A DNA stretch of 64,000 bases from Polyangiaceae bacterium (GCA_033763455.1 JANRKO010000043.1:32001-96000), one strand, 5' to 3'. Counted from the first letter of the stretch, positions 9,359 through 19,305 are shown. The notes: generated by a model from the letters alone, not told the origin. Program-made: numbers and translations.

Positions 9359-10240
9359 ATGGGAACCTTAGCGCGCGTCTGTCCCCATTGTGGCGCGCTG
9401 AACGCCCAGGAGGATAAGGCTTGTTACCGCTGTAAACGGCGCCTCATGGCGCCCTGGGTTTACGCGGCGTTCGGGTCCTTGCGGGGTCTCCTTGGCGATC
9501 GAGCGCCACTTACAGCTCTCTTCTTCTTGCTGTGTGCCCTCGCGTTCACGCTAAATAGCCTTGTTTCCGGGTTTGCTTTCTTAGGATCCAGCTCCGGCTC
9601 CGCCCAGTTGCGTTGGGGGGCCTTGTTGATCGATTCTAGCGGAACCTTCGTGGCTCACGAGCCTTGGCGCTATCTCTCCGCTGTTTTTTTCCATTTTGGG
9701 GCTATCCATCTGGCGTTCAACATGATGGCGCTTGGGGGCCTGGGGGGGGCGCTTGAACCAAAACTCGGCTCGGCGCGCTTCGCTGTGGTGTTTGTTGTGG
9801 CGGGCACGCTCGGCTTCGTCGCGAGCGACTATTTTCATCGCTTCATGGGTGACACTCTGGTGACGGGTGGGGCGAGCGGGGCTTTGTTTGGATTGATGGG
9901 TGCTTCGGCAGCCTACAAATTTGCCGTTCGGGAACGTGACTGGAAACGCTCCATGTTCGGTCTGTTGGCCTTAGTTGTCATCATGACCTTCCTGATCCCA
10001 AGCTCGATGATGAATCTGGATCACGCGGCCCATCTTGGCGGGCTCGGCGCGGGGCTGGTTTTGGGGTACGGCTTGGGGCGCGAGCGTCGCCCAGAGCGGT
10101 TGGGTAGGCTATTTCAAGTTGGTGCGGCGGCGTGTGTCTTGGCTTCGGGCATCAGCTTAGTCGCGTGTCAACTTTCGACAGAATGGAAGCTGCAGCGTCA
10201 ATTAGAGCTCCAGTGGGGGCTCGATTCGAACTCGCCTTAA
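9359..10240 (+). CDS. Rhomboid intramembrane serine protease with N-terminal zinc ribbon
   Basis: CPHC..CYRC, EPWR, HFGAIHLAFNM, GASG catalytic Ser, AHLGG catalytic His. Confidence 0.9.
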   Translation: MGTLARVCPHCGALNAQEDKACYRCKRRLMAPWVYAAFGSLRGLLGDRAPLTALFFLLCALAFTLNSLVSGFAFLGSSSGSAQLRWGALLIDSSGTFVAHEPWRYLSAVFFHFGAIHLAFNMMALGGLGGALEPKLGSARFAVVFVVAGTLGFVASDYFHRFMGDTLVTGGASGALFGLMGASAAYKFAVRERDWKRSMFGLLALVVIMTFLIPSSMMNLDHAAHLGGLGAGLVLGYGLGRERRPERLGRLFQVGAAACVLASGISLVACQLSTEWKLQRQLELQWGLDSNSP

Positions 10241-10262
10241 GCGCCGAAAATGAGGCGGTGCT

Positions 10263-11855
10263 TTAAGGCATTCGGTAGCCGTTAAGAGTTCCCGTAACCG
10301 ACGCAGCAAGCGGCGCGTCCCCTAGCATTCCGAGCCAGTTGCCCTTGAGTTCTACCACTTGAGCCATTGAGTTGACCGTTGCCTGTGCGCTGGAGTTAAC
10401 CTGAAGTGTGCGCGCTTCGGCTCCAGAAGCCTTTCTTGCCCGGTCCCAAAGCACCGCCCCTGCATCCTGGCAAAGGCTGGAGAGGCAGGTGGCGCCACAG
10501 GTTTCGTACGCAACACCACTTGGCGAAAGCGCCGTGGCAAGTGCATCGCACTTCAACGTAGTGCGGAGCGCGTCTACGAATACACTCGTGGAGGTTGCAG
10601 ATTTTGCCTGACGTTCAGCCAACGCAGTAACAAGTTCCGAGGGATGCCAGAAGAGGTTTAGGCCCAGCTGCAGCGTGTCCCCTGGTTCCCCTGACCACGT
10701 AGCGGTCGCGTTCGGTGAAAATCCGGCGCGAGCGCCGTCCACCTGGCCCACGGTGAGGAGGTCAAACAGCGCTTGCTTAGAACCGTCAGAGGCCGCGGCC
10801 AGCGTGCCGGTGATTGCAGCTGTATCCTCTAGGGCTTTTACCCCGGCGCTCATCCACTGATTGGCGAGCATTCTTAGGTGCATCTGTGCCGAGCTTCCCC
10901 AAACTTGGGCTACGCGTTCGTCCCATTTTCCTTGGGTTCGCGCCGCGGCGAACAGGGGCCCTCGGGTTCCGCTTAAACTCTGCATGGAGTCGAGCAGCTC
11001 CTTGACGTCACCGGAACCGGCCGGTGCAAGCGCCGTCACTGCTTTGGTAATATCGCTGGCAAGGGTGTCGTAGAAGGCCTGACTCGGCGCACCGATCCCA
11101 AATTCGGTCAACAACCCCGGTGCCTCAAAGCTGAGTGGTCGATCGGCCGCCGATATGCTCGCGCGCTCAGTCTTTCCTGGCAATAAAGGCCCGAGCTTTA
11201 GGCACCCCGCCGCAACTCCATCGGCACGCACGAGCACTGTCAGCTTGGTTCCTGCAGGGACTCCTTCGAGAAGGAGCGGCTGGGTAGAGGTTGAAGCCCG
11301 CGCCATGATGTCTCCATCGACGATGGCGCTCCCAGTCAACGCCGCGCACTCCATGTTCGCGGATGCGCTTACGATCCATTCGGAAATTTTCCGTTTGCCG
11401 AGGTATTCGGGAGATACGAGCAACCTCGCGAAGCCGCTACCACTGACCGACAGCCCGCGCTCTACGCTGAGCGTCCCGACGCTGGCACGCACGCGAAAGG
11501 TCGCAGCCTTGGTCGGGGCGGTAACCTCCACACTGGCTGTGCCGTCGTCGTTCGTAACAACTTCGTCCCTGTCGAGCGAGGCGTCCGTGGCCGTCCCTTT
11601 TGACTCGGCTCCAATCGCGAAGCGGACGACGTACGTTCCGGGGGGGGCTACGCGGAGCAAGAGCGACGCCCTCTGCATGGGCTGGAGCGTCAAGGTGGAA
11701 GGGGGCTCGAAGGTGAGCTCTGTCGGTCCCATAGCGCTCGTAGCTCCGGCAGGAGCGTTAGCCACGAGGCCACCAGACTGGGGATCTGCGCTGCAAGCTT
11801 GCGCCGTACTTATCAGGCCCCACCCGATCAGTCGTTTTAAGCGAGAGTTAGCCAT
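10263..11855 (-). CDS. Hypothetical lipoprotein with Ig-like N-terminal domains
   Basis: Lipobox AQAC; VTNDDGTASVEVTAP Big-like strand; 530-aa ORF. Confidence 0.7.
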   Translation of the reverse strand: MANSRLKRLIGWGLISTAQACSADPQSGGLVANAPAGATSAMGPTELTFEPPSTLTLQPMQRASLLLRVAPPGTYVVRFAIGAESKGTATDASLDRDEVVTNDDGTASVEVTAPTKAATFRVRASVGTLSVERGLSVSGSGFARLLVSPEYLGKRKISEWIVSASANMECAALTGSAIVDGDIMARASTSTQPLLLEGVPAGTKLTVLVRADGVAAGCLKLGPLLPGKTERASISAADRPLSFEAPGLLTEFGIGAPSQAFYDTLASDITKAVTALAPAGSGDVKELLDSMQSLSGTRGPLFAAARTQGKWDERVAQVWGSSAQMHLRMLANQWMSAGVKALEDTAAITGTLAAASDGSKQALFDLLTVGQVDGARAGFSPNATATWSGEPGDTLQLGLNLFWHPSELVTALAERQAKSATSTSVFVDALRTTLKCDALATALSPSGVAYETCGATCLSSLCQDAGAVLWDRARKASGAEARTLQVNSSAQATVNSMAQVVELKGNWLGMLGDAPLAASVTGTLNGYRMP

Positions 11856-12068
11856 TTCGGCTCCGGAGTGCACCGTTCCGCGGGTGCACAATTTTCTATA
11901 AGCGTAAGGGCCCGCGCTCGCTACGAGCGCGGGAGGTGCACTCTGTCACAGATCCACGGAAGTGCTAACTACCGAGTGAGCGTGTCGCTTGGCAGAGCGC
12001 AGTGGGAGAAGGTGGGACAGTAGTCCGCTAGGCCCGGCCAGGCCTAGCTGCTACCTTCAAATTCGAAA

Positions 12069-13532
12069 ATGACGTCGTTGGTACCTCCGCCCGTCCGCCT
12101 CCTGATCGTTGACGACGAGCCAGGCCTCCGGCAGATGCTTGAAATCCTATTTCGACGAGAGGGCTACGCTGTATCCACGGCACCCGGCTACACGGCAGCC
12201 GTCCAGGCCATTGAGACCTCGCCGGACCCGTTTTCGATCGTGCTCACCGATCTTGCCATGCCCGACGGCACCGGGCTGCAGGTGCTGGCAGCAGCCAAGA
12301 AACGCAGCGCAGCAACCGAGGTTATCCTCATTACAGCGCATTCTTCCGTCGATAATGCCATCGAAGCGATGCGCCAAGGTGCCTACGACTTCGTCACCAA
12401 GCCGTTCGAGCCCACCGAGCTTGCGGCCCTCGTAACGAAAGCTCTTGAAAAGCAGAGCTTGGTCTTTGAATACCAGCGCCTCAAGGCCCAGGTCGAGCAA
12501 CTTTCCGACAAGAACATCATCGGGAAGAGCACCAAGATGCGCGGCGTGCTCGACATGATCGATCGCATCGCCCCCATGAAGACAACAGTGCTCATCACAG
12601 GCGAGAGCGGCACGGGCAAAGAACGGGTGGCGCGAGCCATTCACGAGCGTTCGGAGCGCCGCCGGCATCCGTTCCTAGTAGTTAACTGCGGAGCGCTCCC
12701 CGAGGCACTCATGGAAAGCGAGCTTTTTGGCCACGAAAAAGGCTCTTTTACAGGTGCTTCTGCCAAGAGCCTGGGCCTATTTCGCGAGGCCGAAGGTGGC
12801 ACGGTGATGTTGGATGAGGTGGGGGAGTTGCCGCTGAGTTTGCAGGTGAAGCTCTTGCGAGTGCTGCAGGAACGAGTGGTGCGCCCCGTTGGTTCATCTC
12901 AAGAAGTTGCGGTGGATGTGCGGGTATTGGCGGCCACCAACCGCAATGTGGAGGGCGACGTCGCGAACGGCAAGTTTCGTCAGGACCTCTACTACCGTTT
13001 GAACGTGATTCGCATTGAGCTGCCGGCTCTGCGGGAACGCCGGGAAGACGTGCCGCTTCTAGCCGAGCGCTTCATGCGCCGGTTTTCCGAAGAGTTTGGC
13101 AAAAACGTGGTGGGTTTCACTCCCGATGCGCTGCGCGCACTTCAAACGTACGCGTTTCCCGGCAACGTTCGCGAGCTTGAGAACATGATGGAGCGAGCCG
13201 TTGCTCTAGCCGGTTCGCGCGTGATTGGCCTCGGGGATTTTCCGCCGGAAGTGAGCGGAGCTGCCGCCTCTACCGGCCCATCTATTCTGGAGTTGCCGCC
13301 GGGCGGCTGCAATTTGGACGAGGTCATGACGGAGGTCGAACGCCGTTTGCTGGTGGAGGCGCTTGGCCGCACGGGTGGCGTGAGAAAAGCGGCGGCTCGG
13401 GTGCTAGGCATCAGCTTTCGGTCCCTCCGCTATCGGCTGGAGAAACACGGGCTTGATGCCGACGCGATAGGGTCAGAAGCGCTGGACGAGGACGACGACG
13501 ACGCGGCGAGCGGATCGGCGGCGGCAAGATGA
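12069..13532 (+). CDS. pilR: Sigma-54-dependent response regulator, PilR-like
   Basis: Receiver (VDDE, TDLAMP), GESGTGKE, ELFGHEKGSFTGA, PGNVRELEN, C-terminal HTH. Lies directly upstream of the pilins. Confidence 0.85.
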   Translation: MTSLVPPPVRLLIVDDEPGLRQMLEILFRREGYAVSTAPGYTAAVQAIETSPDPFSIVLTDLAMPDGTGLQVLAAAKKRSAATEVILITAHSSVDNAIEAMRQGAYDFVTKPFEPTELAALVTKALEKQSLVFEYQRLKAQVEQLSDKNIIGKSTKMRGVLDMIDRIAPMKTTVLITGESGTGKERVARAIHERSERRRHPFLVVNCGALPEALMESELFGHEKGSFTGASAKSLGLFREAEGGTVMLDEVGELPLSLQVKLLRVLQERVVRPVGSSQEVAVDVRVLAATNRNVEGDVANGKFRQDLYYRLNVIRIELPALRERREDVPLLAERFMRRFSEEFGKNVVGFTPDALRALQTYAFPGNVRELENMMERAVALAGSRVIGLGDFPPEVSGAAASTGPSILELPPGGCNLDEVMTEVERRLLVEALGRTGGVRKAAARVLGISFRSLRYRLEKHGLDADAIGSEALDEDDDDAASGSAAAR

Positions 13533-13571
13533 ATCCCGGTACGGTTCACAACCACTCCATGCTGAGCTCAG

Positions 13572-13587
13572 TGGCACATGGTGTGCT
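13572..13587 (+). promoter_or_regulatory. Sigma-54 (-24/-12) promoter of pilin 1
   Basis: TGGCACATGGTGTGCT = GG-N10-GC. Confidence 0.65.
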
Positions 13588-13600
13588 AGGCTGGATGGCT

Positions 13601-14152
13601 ATGCGTCCGCCACATGGCTCCCCAGCGCGACCGCGAGGCTTCACCCTTGTAGAGCTGATGGTGGTGGTCGCGATCATGGGGATCTTGGCAACGGTGGGGA
13701 TCGCCGCGACGCGCAAATACATCCATTCCTCCCATTCCACCGAAGCGCTCAGTACGATCCAAGCGATCCGTGGCGCGCAGGAACAGTGGCGAGCCCACAC
13801 CCAAGGCTATTTGGACGTTTCTACCACCACCACGTCCTGGTACCCGATGGCCACGCCGGGGGACACACGTTACGCCTGGCGTCAGGCCACGGGCGCGAAC
13901 TACGCCCAGTGGGAGCTTCTGCGACCCCGAGTGGATTGGAGTGTGCGTTTTGGCTACACGACAGTGGCGGGCCAAGCTGGCACGGCCATCGATGCTCTGA
14001 ACACCATCACGGCCAACCCCGGTTTCGGAGTACCCGATCAGCCTTGGTACATCATCCAAGCCAAGGCAGATCTCGATAAGGACGGTACGCCCGCGTATTT
14101 CGTCGCTACGAGCATGTCCAGCGAGATCTACAGCGAGAACGCCGGAGAGTAG
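13601..14152 (+). CDS. Type IV pilin-like protein 1
   Basis: Prepilin site RG|FTLVELMVVVAIMGILA; C-terminal DLDKDG. Confidence 0.9.
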   Translation: MRPPHGSPARPRGFTLVELMVVVAIMGILATVGIAATRKYIHSSHSTEALSTIQAIRGAQEQWRAHTQGYLDVSTTTTSWYPMATPGDTRYAWRQATGANYAQWELLRPRVDWSVRFGYTTVAGQAGTAIDALNTITANPGFGVPDQPWYIIQAKADLDKDGTPAYFVATSMSSEIYSENAGE

Positions 14153-14241
14153 GCAGCAATTAGCGGTCAGTTTGAGGCCCCACGCGTGATGTGTCGCTGT
14201 GGAGTGGCTGAGGCCGCAGAATGTCACTCGGACCGCCGGCC

Positions 14242-14260
14242 AGTGACGAATATTGTCACT
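14242..14260. promoter_or_regulatory. Palindromic candidate enhancer (PilR UAS)
   Basis: AGTGAC-gaatatt-GTCACT, with an extra TGTCACT half-site at 14222, about 130 bp upstream of a sigma-54 promoter. Confidence 0.6.
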
Positions 14261-14387
14261 CGTCTTGGGTTTGCCCGCCTTGACAGCTATGCGTGAATTG
14301 TCTCCGGGGGGCGAGCAGGGGCGTGGCGCAGCTTGCTCGTGTGGGATTCAGCGAGGTTCGCATTGTCTGGAGGGATCGCAGTCGCAA

Positions 14388-14403
14388 TGGCACGCTTGCT
14401 GCT
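14388..14403 (+). promoter_or_regulatory. Sigma-54 (-24/-12) promoter of pilin 2 (and probably pilin 3)
   Basis: TGGCACGCTTGCTGCT = GG-N10-GC. Confidence 0.75.
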
Positions 14404-14417
14404 TTGGCTAGGATTGC

Positions 14418-14969
14418 ATGCCAACCTATAATCCCAACGAACGCGGGTACACACTCGTCGAGTTGATGATCGTCGTTGCGATGGTCGGCGTACTAGCCAC
14501 GCTCGCAACCTACGGTGTGCGCAAGTACATCCTTGCCTCGAAGACTGTCGAAGGCCCCGAGATGCTCCGATCCATTAAGGAAGCCGAAGAGCTGTATCGG
14601 CAAGAGACGTTTACGTATCTGCCAACCAGTACTTCGCCCGGCTCATCTTACTTTCCCTGGGGTACGACCGTTCCTACGGGAGGGAAGAAGATGAACTTCG
14701 ATTGCGCCACTTGTACGGACCAAAGTGCGTGGAACAACCTCAACGTTTCAACGAACCATCCAGTGCAGTTTGGGTACGAGGTGGTTACGGGCCCGGTGGG
14801 CACCGCACCTAGTGCTCATCCCAAATGGACAATAGCAGGTTTCCCAGCTTCGCCAGGGGACATCTGGTACGTGGCGTATGCCACCGCGGATCTCGATGGG
14901 GACGGGGAAAGCCTCGTTTTTGCAGGGTCCAGCTTCACGTCTGAGATTATATCGAACAATAATGATTAG
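14418..14969 (+). CDS. Type IV pilin-like protein 2
   Basis: RG|YTLVELMIVVAMVGVLA; C-terminal DLDGDG. Confidence 0.9.
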   Translation: MPTYNPNERGYTLVELMIVVAMVGVLATLATYGVRKYILASKTVEGPEMLRSIKEAEELYRQETFTYLPTSTSPGSSYFPWGTTVPTGGKKMNFDCATCTDQSAWNNLNVSTNHPVQFGYEVVTGPVGTAPSAHPKWTIAGFPASPGDIWYVAYATADLDGDGESLVFAGSSFTSEIISNNND

Positions 14970-15057
14970 CTATTCACTATTCGAGCTGGCGCCTACCGCC
15001 AGCGGGCTGCACGTCATGTCGACACAGCCGCGTTACCAAGAACAGAAGGAGAAACCA

Positions 15058-15645
15058 ATGTTAGCAAAATCAACGTTAGCTAGACTGAGAAATAAGCGCG
15101 GCTTCACCCTCGTGGAGCTCATGATCGTGGTGGCCATTATTGGCGTGTTGGCGGCTCTGGCCATTTATGGCGTCACTCGATACCTTGCCAGTGCCAAGAC
15201 CGCTGAAGCAAGGAACAATGTTGGAAGGTTGGCTAAGGATGGAGCGGCCGTCTACAACGGGGAGACGATGGCAGGTACGGTGCTGGCTGCCGGCGGGACG
15301 GCTGCGCCTAGCCACCGCATGTGCCCCGCTGCGCTGAAATCCGTGCCAGACACCAAGACCAAGATAGCCAAGATGAAGTATCAGTCCGACCCTGCCGAGT
15401 GGGAGGATGGTGCTGACGCTACTACCAAGCTACCTTACGGCTGGAAATGTCTCAAATTCGCAATGGATTCTCCACAGTACTTCATGTACAACTACACGAC
15501 TCCTAGTGCTACTTCATTTTTGGCGACCGCCCAAGGTGACCTTGATGGGGATGGAAACTTGTCCACATTCTCGATGGAAGGCGTAATCACCGGAGATACG
15601 ATGAAGCTCGCTCCGGGCATCAAAGAAGAAAATCCTGACGAATAA
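15058..15645 (+). CDS. pilA: Type IV pilin, probable major pilin
   Basis: Strong RBS (AAGGAG); KRG|FTLVELMIVVAIIGVLAALA; Cys pair; followed by a terminator. Confidence 0.85.
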   Translation: MLAKSTLARLRNKRGFTLVELMIVVAIIGVLAALAIYGVTRYLASAKTAEARNNVGRLAKDGAAVYNGETMAGTVLAAGGTAAPSHRMCPAALKSVPDTKTKIAKMKYQSDPAEWEDGADATTKLPYGWKCLKFAMDSPQYFMYNYTTPSATSFLATAQGDLDGDGNLSTFSMEGVITGDTMKLAPGIKEENPDE

Positions 15646-15658
15646 TTCTCCGAAAAAT

Positions 15659-15697
15659 AAAGCCTCCGTGTGGGTTGACGCGCACCGGGGGCTTTTC
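15659..15697 (+). terminator. Intrinsic terminator after pilA
   Basis: AAAGCCTCCG...CGGGGGCTTTT stem-loop with U tail. Confidence 0.65.
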
Positions 15698-15825
15698 ACT
15701 TGGTTGAGAACTGCCCCCGGGAGCGCCAGCGCACCGGGGGTTTTTCAATTGCTTGAGTAGAGCAAGTTCTTGCTGCGCGCGCGGATTACCGGCTTCCACG
15801 TCGGCGTTCATGCTACTTGCCAGTA

Positions 15826-16347
15826 ATGCGGAGTTTTTCGGTTTTGGAATGGGCGCTTGGCGTATCGGTCGGAGGGTCCGTGTTGGCCGTAGTTTTGCCC
15901 ACGTTCTTGAAGAACGTGCATGCCTCGCGCGTGAATGAGCCCGTCGAATCTCTGAATCGGATAGCCCAACGTGCCACGGCCCTTGCCGCGGGCCGGAGCA
16001 TTGAGTCGGCGTATCCAGAATCGGTACCGCTCACTCCGGCAAAAGTTCCGAGGGGGGAGGCTGTGGTGGATCCACCGGGAACCTGGGACCACCCCACTTG
16101 GCGACGGCTGAACTTCGGCTTTTCGGTGCCGCACAGCTATAGTTTCAGCTTTGAAAGCCAATCGCCTCAGGTCTCAGGGGATGGCGCTGCTGCCCAAGCG
16201 CCGCGGGATTACGCTACGTTTGTGGCCCGCGCGTTTGGCGATCTGGATGGGGATGGAGCACTCAGCACTTTCGAAATCAGTGGGGAGTCACGGCAGGGGC
16301 AGACGCCCTTGATCCGACCCTTGGTGGTGCACCGCGAGGTCGAGTAA
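15826..16347 (+). CDS. Pilin-like protein 4 (non-canonical leader)
   Basis: MRS|FSVLEWALG keeps F+1/E+5 but has Ser at -1. C-terminal GDLDGDGALSTF is nearly identical to PilA. Confidence 0.75.
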   Translation: MRSFSVLEWALGVSVGGSVLAVVLPTFLKNVHASRVNEPVESLNRIAQRATALAAGRSIESAYPESVPLTPAKVPRGEAVVDPPGTWDHPTWRRLNFGFSVPHSYSFSFESQSPQVSGDGAAAQAPRDYATFVARAFGDLDGDGALSTFEISGESRQGQTPLIRPLVVHREVE

Positions 16348-16356
16348 TCTCAACGA

Positions 16357-17268
16357 GTGCGCCTGTTCCGATTCGTCGCCCTTGCCGTTGCTAGTCTTGG
16401 CGTGTTGCTCGTGGTCCAGGTTCGGGCTCCGCTGGCGGAGACCTTCCACGAATTGAAAACCGAGAAAGATGTCTATCCGCTGCCGCCCCCAGAGCAGGCG
16501 GTGGCGCTCAGCCTAGGTTATCGCGCCGCGTTGGCCGACATGATCTTCGCGCAGCTACTGGTTTCTTATGGGCTCCACTTCCAGGAGCGGCGCCTACTCG
16601 AATTCACTGGCAGCTACCTAGACACCATCAACGCGCTCGATCCACAGTTTCGCACACCCTACATGTTGGCGGACACGCTGCTCACGATTCAGCCCGTGCC
16701 TCCTCCGCGACGGAACTACTGGAAGGCTCGTGAAGTGTTAGAGCGTGGAATGCGGTCGTTTCCATTCGATTCCGAGCTTCACATCAACGCTGGCCAATAC
16801 ATGCTCTATCTCGGCATGGATGCCGTTAAGGAACCGGCCGAAAAGGAAGAATGGAAAGCCGCTGGAGGTCGCGCATTGGCGCGCGCATGCGAAGTTTTGG
16901 GTGACCAGAAGAACCTTCCCTTTCACTGCATACACGCTGCGGCTTTGCTTGAAAAAGAGGGAAAACGCGCCGCGATGCTGGCCTTCGTGCGTAAGGTCTT
17001 GGCGGTGGTGGATGATCCTGAAATCCGCGAGAAGGCGCTGCGTTACCTGGAGTTCGCAGAAGGCGAGGAGCAGCGTGCCATTGCGGCCGCCCGACTCGAT
17101 CGAATCGGCAAGGAACGGGCAAAAGATGCGCCGTATCTTTCGCGAGATCTTTACGCACTCTTACCGCCGCCATACAGCGCTTTGGCGTGTTTAGGCGCCC
17201 GTAGCACCGAGCCCGCTTGCGCAACCAGTTGGTACGAACGAGGCGATGCTCTCGCCTCGCGGCCTTAG
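16357..17268 (+). CDS. Pilus accessory helical/TPR-like protein (Myxococcus PilG-like)
   Basis: N-terminal TM; LGYRAALADM...INALDPQF pattern; position downstream of the pilins. Confidence 0.6.
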   Translation: MRLFRFVALAVASLGVLLVVQVRAPLAETFHELKTEKDVYPLPPPEQAVALSLGYRAALADMIFAQLLVSYGLHFQERRLLEFTGSYLDTINALDPQFRTPYMLADTLLTIQPVPPPRRNYWKAREVLERGMRSFPFDSELHINAGQYMLYLGMDAVKEPAEKEEWKAAGGRALARACEVLGDQKNLPFHCIHAAALLEKEGKRAAMLAFVRKVLAVVDDPEIREKALRYLEFAEGEEQRAIAAARLDRIGKERAKDAPYLSRDLYALLPPPYSALACLGARSTEPACATSWYERGDALASRP

Positions 17269-17274
17269 CGAGCT

Positions 17275-19038
17275 CTACTGAAACCGAACCGCTGCCGTTT
17301 TCGTTTCCCCGGCTTCGACAGTTACCGTTTGCACCTTACGACCGAGCTGGGCATGTACGAACACGACCGTGTGCGTCCCGGCGGGGACAGAGATACCTAG
17401 CTTCGGCGTCGCGCCGAGGGGGCGCCCGTCCAAAATAACGTTCGATACGGGGATTGAATTGAGATTCAGGCGCGCGCCGCCCGCCGCAGTGGCAGGGGCC
17501 GCCTTCGCAGCGGTGGCGACCGCTGTGCTGGGGGTTGGCGAATGCGTGGGGGAAGACACGGCAGCTGTGCTGGGCTCAGGTGCACCCTTGCGCTGAAGCC
17601 GAACGGTGTAGGTTCGCGAGGGTTGCCCATCTTCGAAGCGGATGTCTTCCTTGTAATCTTCGAAACCATCTCTCGTTGCTAGGATGGAGTAGCCCTTGGA
17701 AACATCGATGAGCTTGAGATTCGCCGGTAATACGGGCACGCGCCGACGTTCGGAGCCGGTGACGAGAAGCACGGAAGCCTTGGAAGCATTTTCGCCCTCC
17801 TCGATCTTCACTTGCCCCATTAGGACCTTGAGCTTCGGCTCTAGCTTAATAATCTTGTCGGCTACGACGGTGACGGTCTGTTCGAAGGGGGCGAGCTCGT
17901 AATTTTCGTTCTTGTCGCTCTCAACGCGGATCTTGTGCTCGCCGGGCGTCATGTCGCTGATGGGTTGCGCTAATGGCAACGCGCCGATCTTCTGACCATC
18001 AATGAATAGATTTAGCCCAGGAATATCTGCGGAAACGCTGATCCCGGTGCCTTGGCTCGCATTGCGCAGTGTGAGCTGCACGGGCGATTCTTTTCCGGCC
18101 TCAATGACCACCGGAAGTTCGGCGAGTGTCTCGTAGCCTGGCGCACTGGCGTAGACGGTGTGGTTGCCCTTCGAGAGCTCCGCGGCTCGGCATGGTGAGC
18201 TTTCGCAGGCGAGCTTGCCGTCAACGTAGACCTGAACCTGATCGAGCTTCTTATCGCGAGGGCCAGCCACTGCCACGAGGAGCGAGCCCGGCCGAGAGCC
18301 TAGGTAGACCGCGACTCCCGCCACGACCCCGAACACTACGAGCACTAGCGCGGCGAGCCAAACAAGACCCTTGGCTGAACTCGGTGCCGGAGCCTGCACC
18401 GGCGCAAACACGGGGGCTGGGGCTGCGGCGACTGCGGGTGCGGCCGTGGGCGGACGCAACCCTGCCGGCTTCCCATCGTTCAGTAACGAAGTGACCGAAG
18501 GCGCACCAGAGGGTCGCGCAAGTGGAGGCATCGCGGGAGTCCCCGCTGCCGGCCCTGGTGCCCGCAGAAATGACGGCGCCATATCTTCCCGCCCAAACAC
18601 GGTGGTTGCCTCATCCTCGTCGTCCCAATCCATCTGCACCCCAGTGCCAGGGGCAGAAGGGGGCGGTGGTGGGGGTGGCGCAACGATGCCGTGAGGAATT
18701 GCGGCGGAAGGCGGTGGCGGTGGTGGAACCGTTGTTGGGATGGACGCAGGACCAGAACCCGCAGCTGACTCGGGCGGACGACTCGTGACCCGGGAAGGTG
18801 GCGGTGCCGGTGGCTTACTAAATTTCGATGGAGGAGGCGGGGGTGCCAACGGTGCTGCCGATGATGCTTTGCTACCGGGCGGTGGAGGAAGTGGCGGTGC
18901 CGCCATTCCCAGCAGCGTTTTTTTGCCAGGAGGCGGCGGCGGCGCCGGCGCACGCGTGGCAGCGGCGGGCATACTTGGCCTGCTCTTTTTGGTCAGGCTG
19001 TCAAAGACTTCTAGATCCGATCCGCCCTTCTGGCTCAT
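17275..19038 (-). CDS. PEGA-domain membrane protein with Pro-rich cytoplasmic N-terminus
   Basis: TM WLAALVLVVFGVVAGVAVYL; repeated VYVDG / LFIDG / VILDGRPLGATP PEGA motifs. Confidence 0.85.
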   Translation of the reverse strand: MSQKGGSDLEVFDSLTKKSRPSMPAAATRAPAPPPPPGKKTLLGMAAPPLPPPPGSKASSAAPLAPPPPPSKFSKPPAPPPSRVTSRPPESAAGSGPASIPTTVPPPPPPSAAIPHGIVAPPPPPPPSAPGTGVQMDWDDEDEATTVFGREDMAPSFLRAPGPAAGTPAMPPLARPSGAPSVTSLLNDGKPAGLRPPTAAPAVAAAPAPVFAPVQAPAPSSAKGLVWLAALVLVVFGVVAGVAVYLGSRPGSLLVAVAGPRDKKLDQVQVYVDGKLACESSPCRAAELSKGNHTVYASAPGYETLAELPVVIEAGKESPVQLTLRNASQGTGISVSADIPGLNLFIDGQKIGALPLAQPISDMTPGEHKIRVESDKNENYELAPFEQTVTVVADKIIKLEPKLKVLMGQVKIEEGENASKASVLLVTGSERRRVPVLPANLKLIDVSKGYSILATRDGFEDYKEDIRFEDGQPSRTYTVRLQRKGAPEPSTAAVSSPTHSPTPSTAVATAAKAAPATAAGGARLNLNSIPVSNVILDGRPLGATPKLGISVPAGTHTVVFVHAQLGRKVQTVTVEAGETKTAAVRFQ

Positions 19039-19305
19039 CCGGTGCGTTCTCCTAAAGGTTTCTTAACAACCGTTGGTATTGGTTGCAGGTTACCAACAGT
19101 CAAAAGTTCTTGTACGGCCCGAAGCGCCACGGCTTGCGGGCTCTGCCTGCTCTGGCGTTGCTTGGCCCCTTACATTCCACAGGAGCGTGCAGTGTTCTAG
19201 TCCAAATTTCGCAAAAACGCTGCTAATTTGCGATCAGACGGTGGCTTTTGCCAAACGGCATGAGAGCTCGCCTCCAATGTGGGCACCGCAACGACATCTA
19301 GTATT

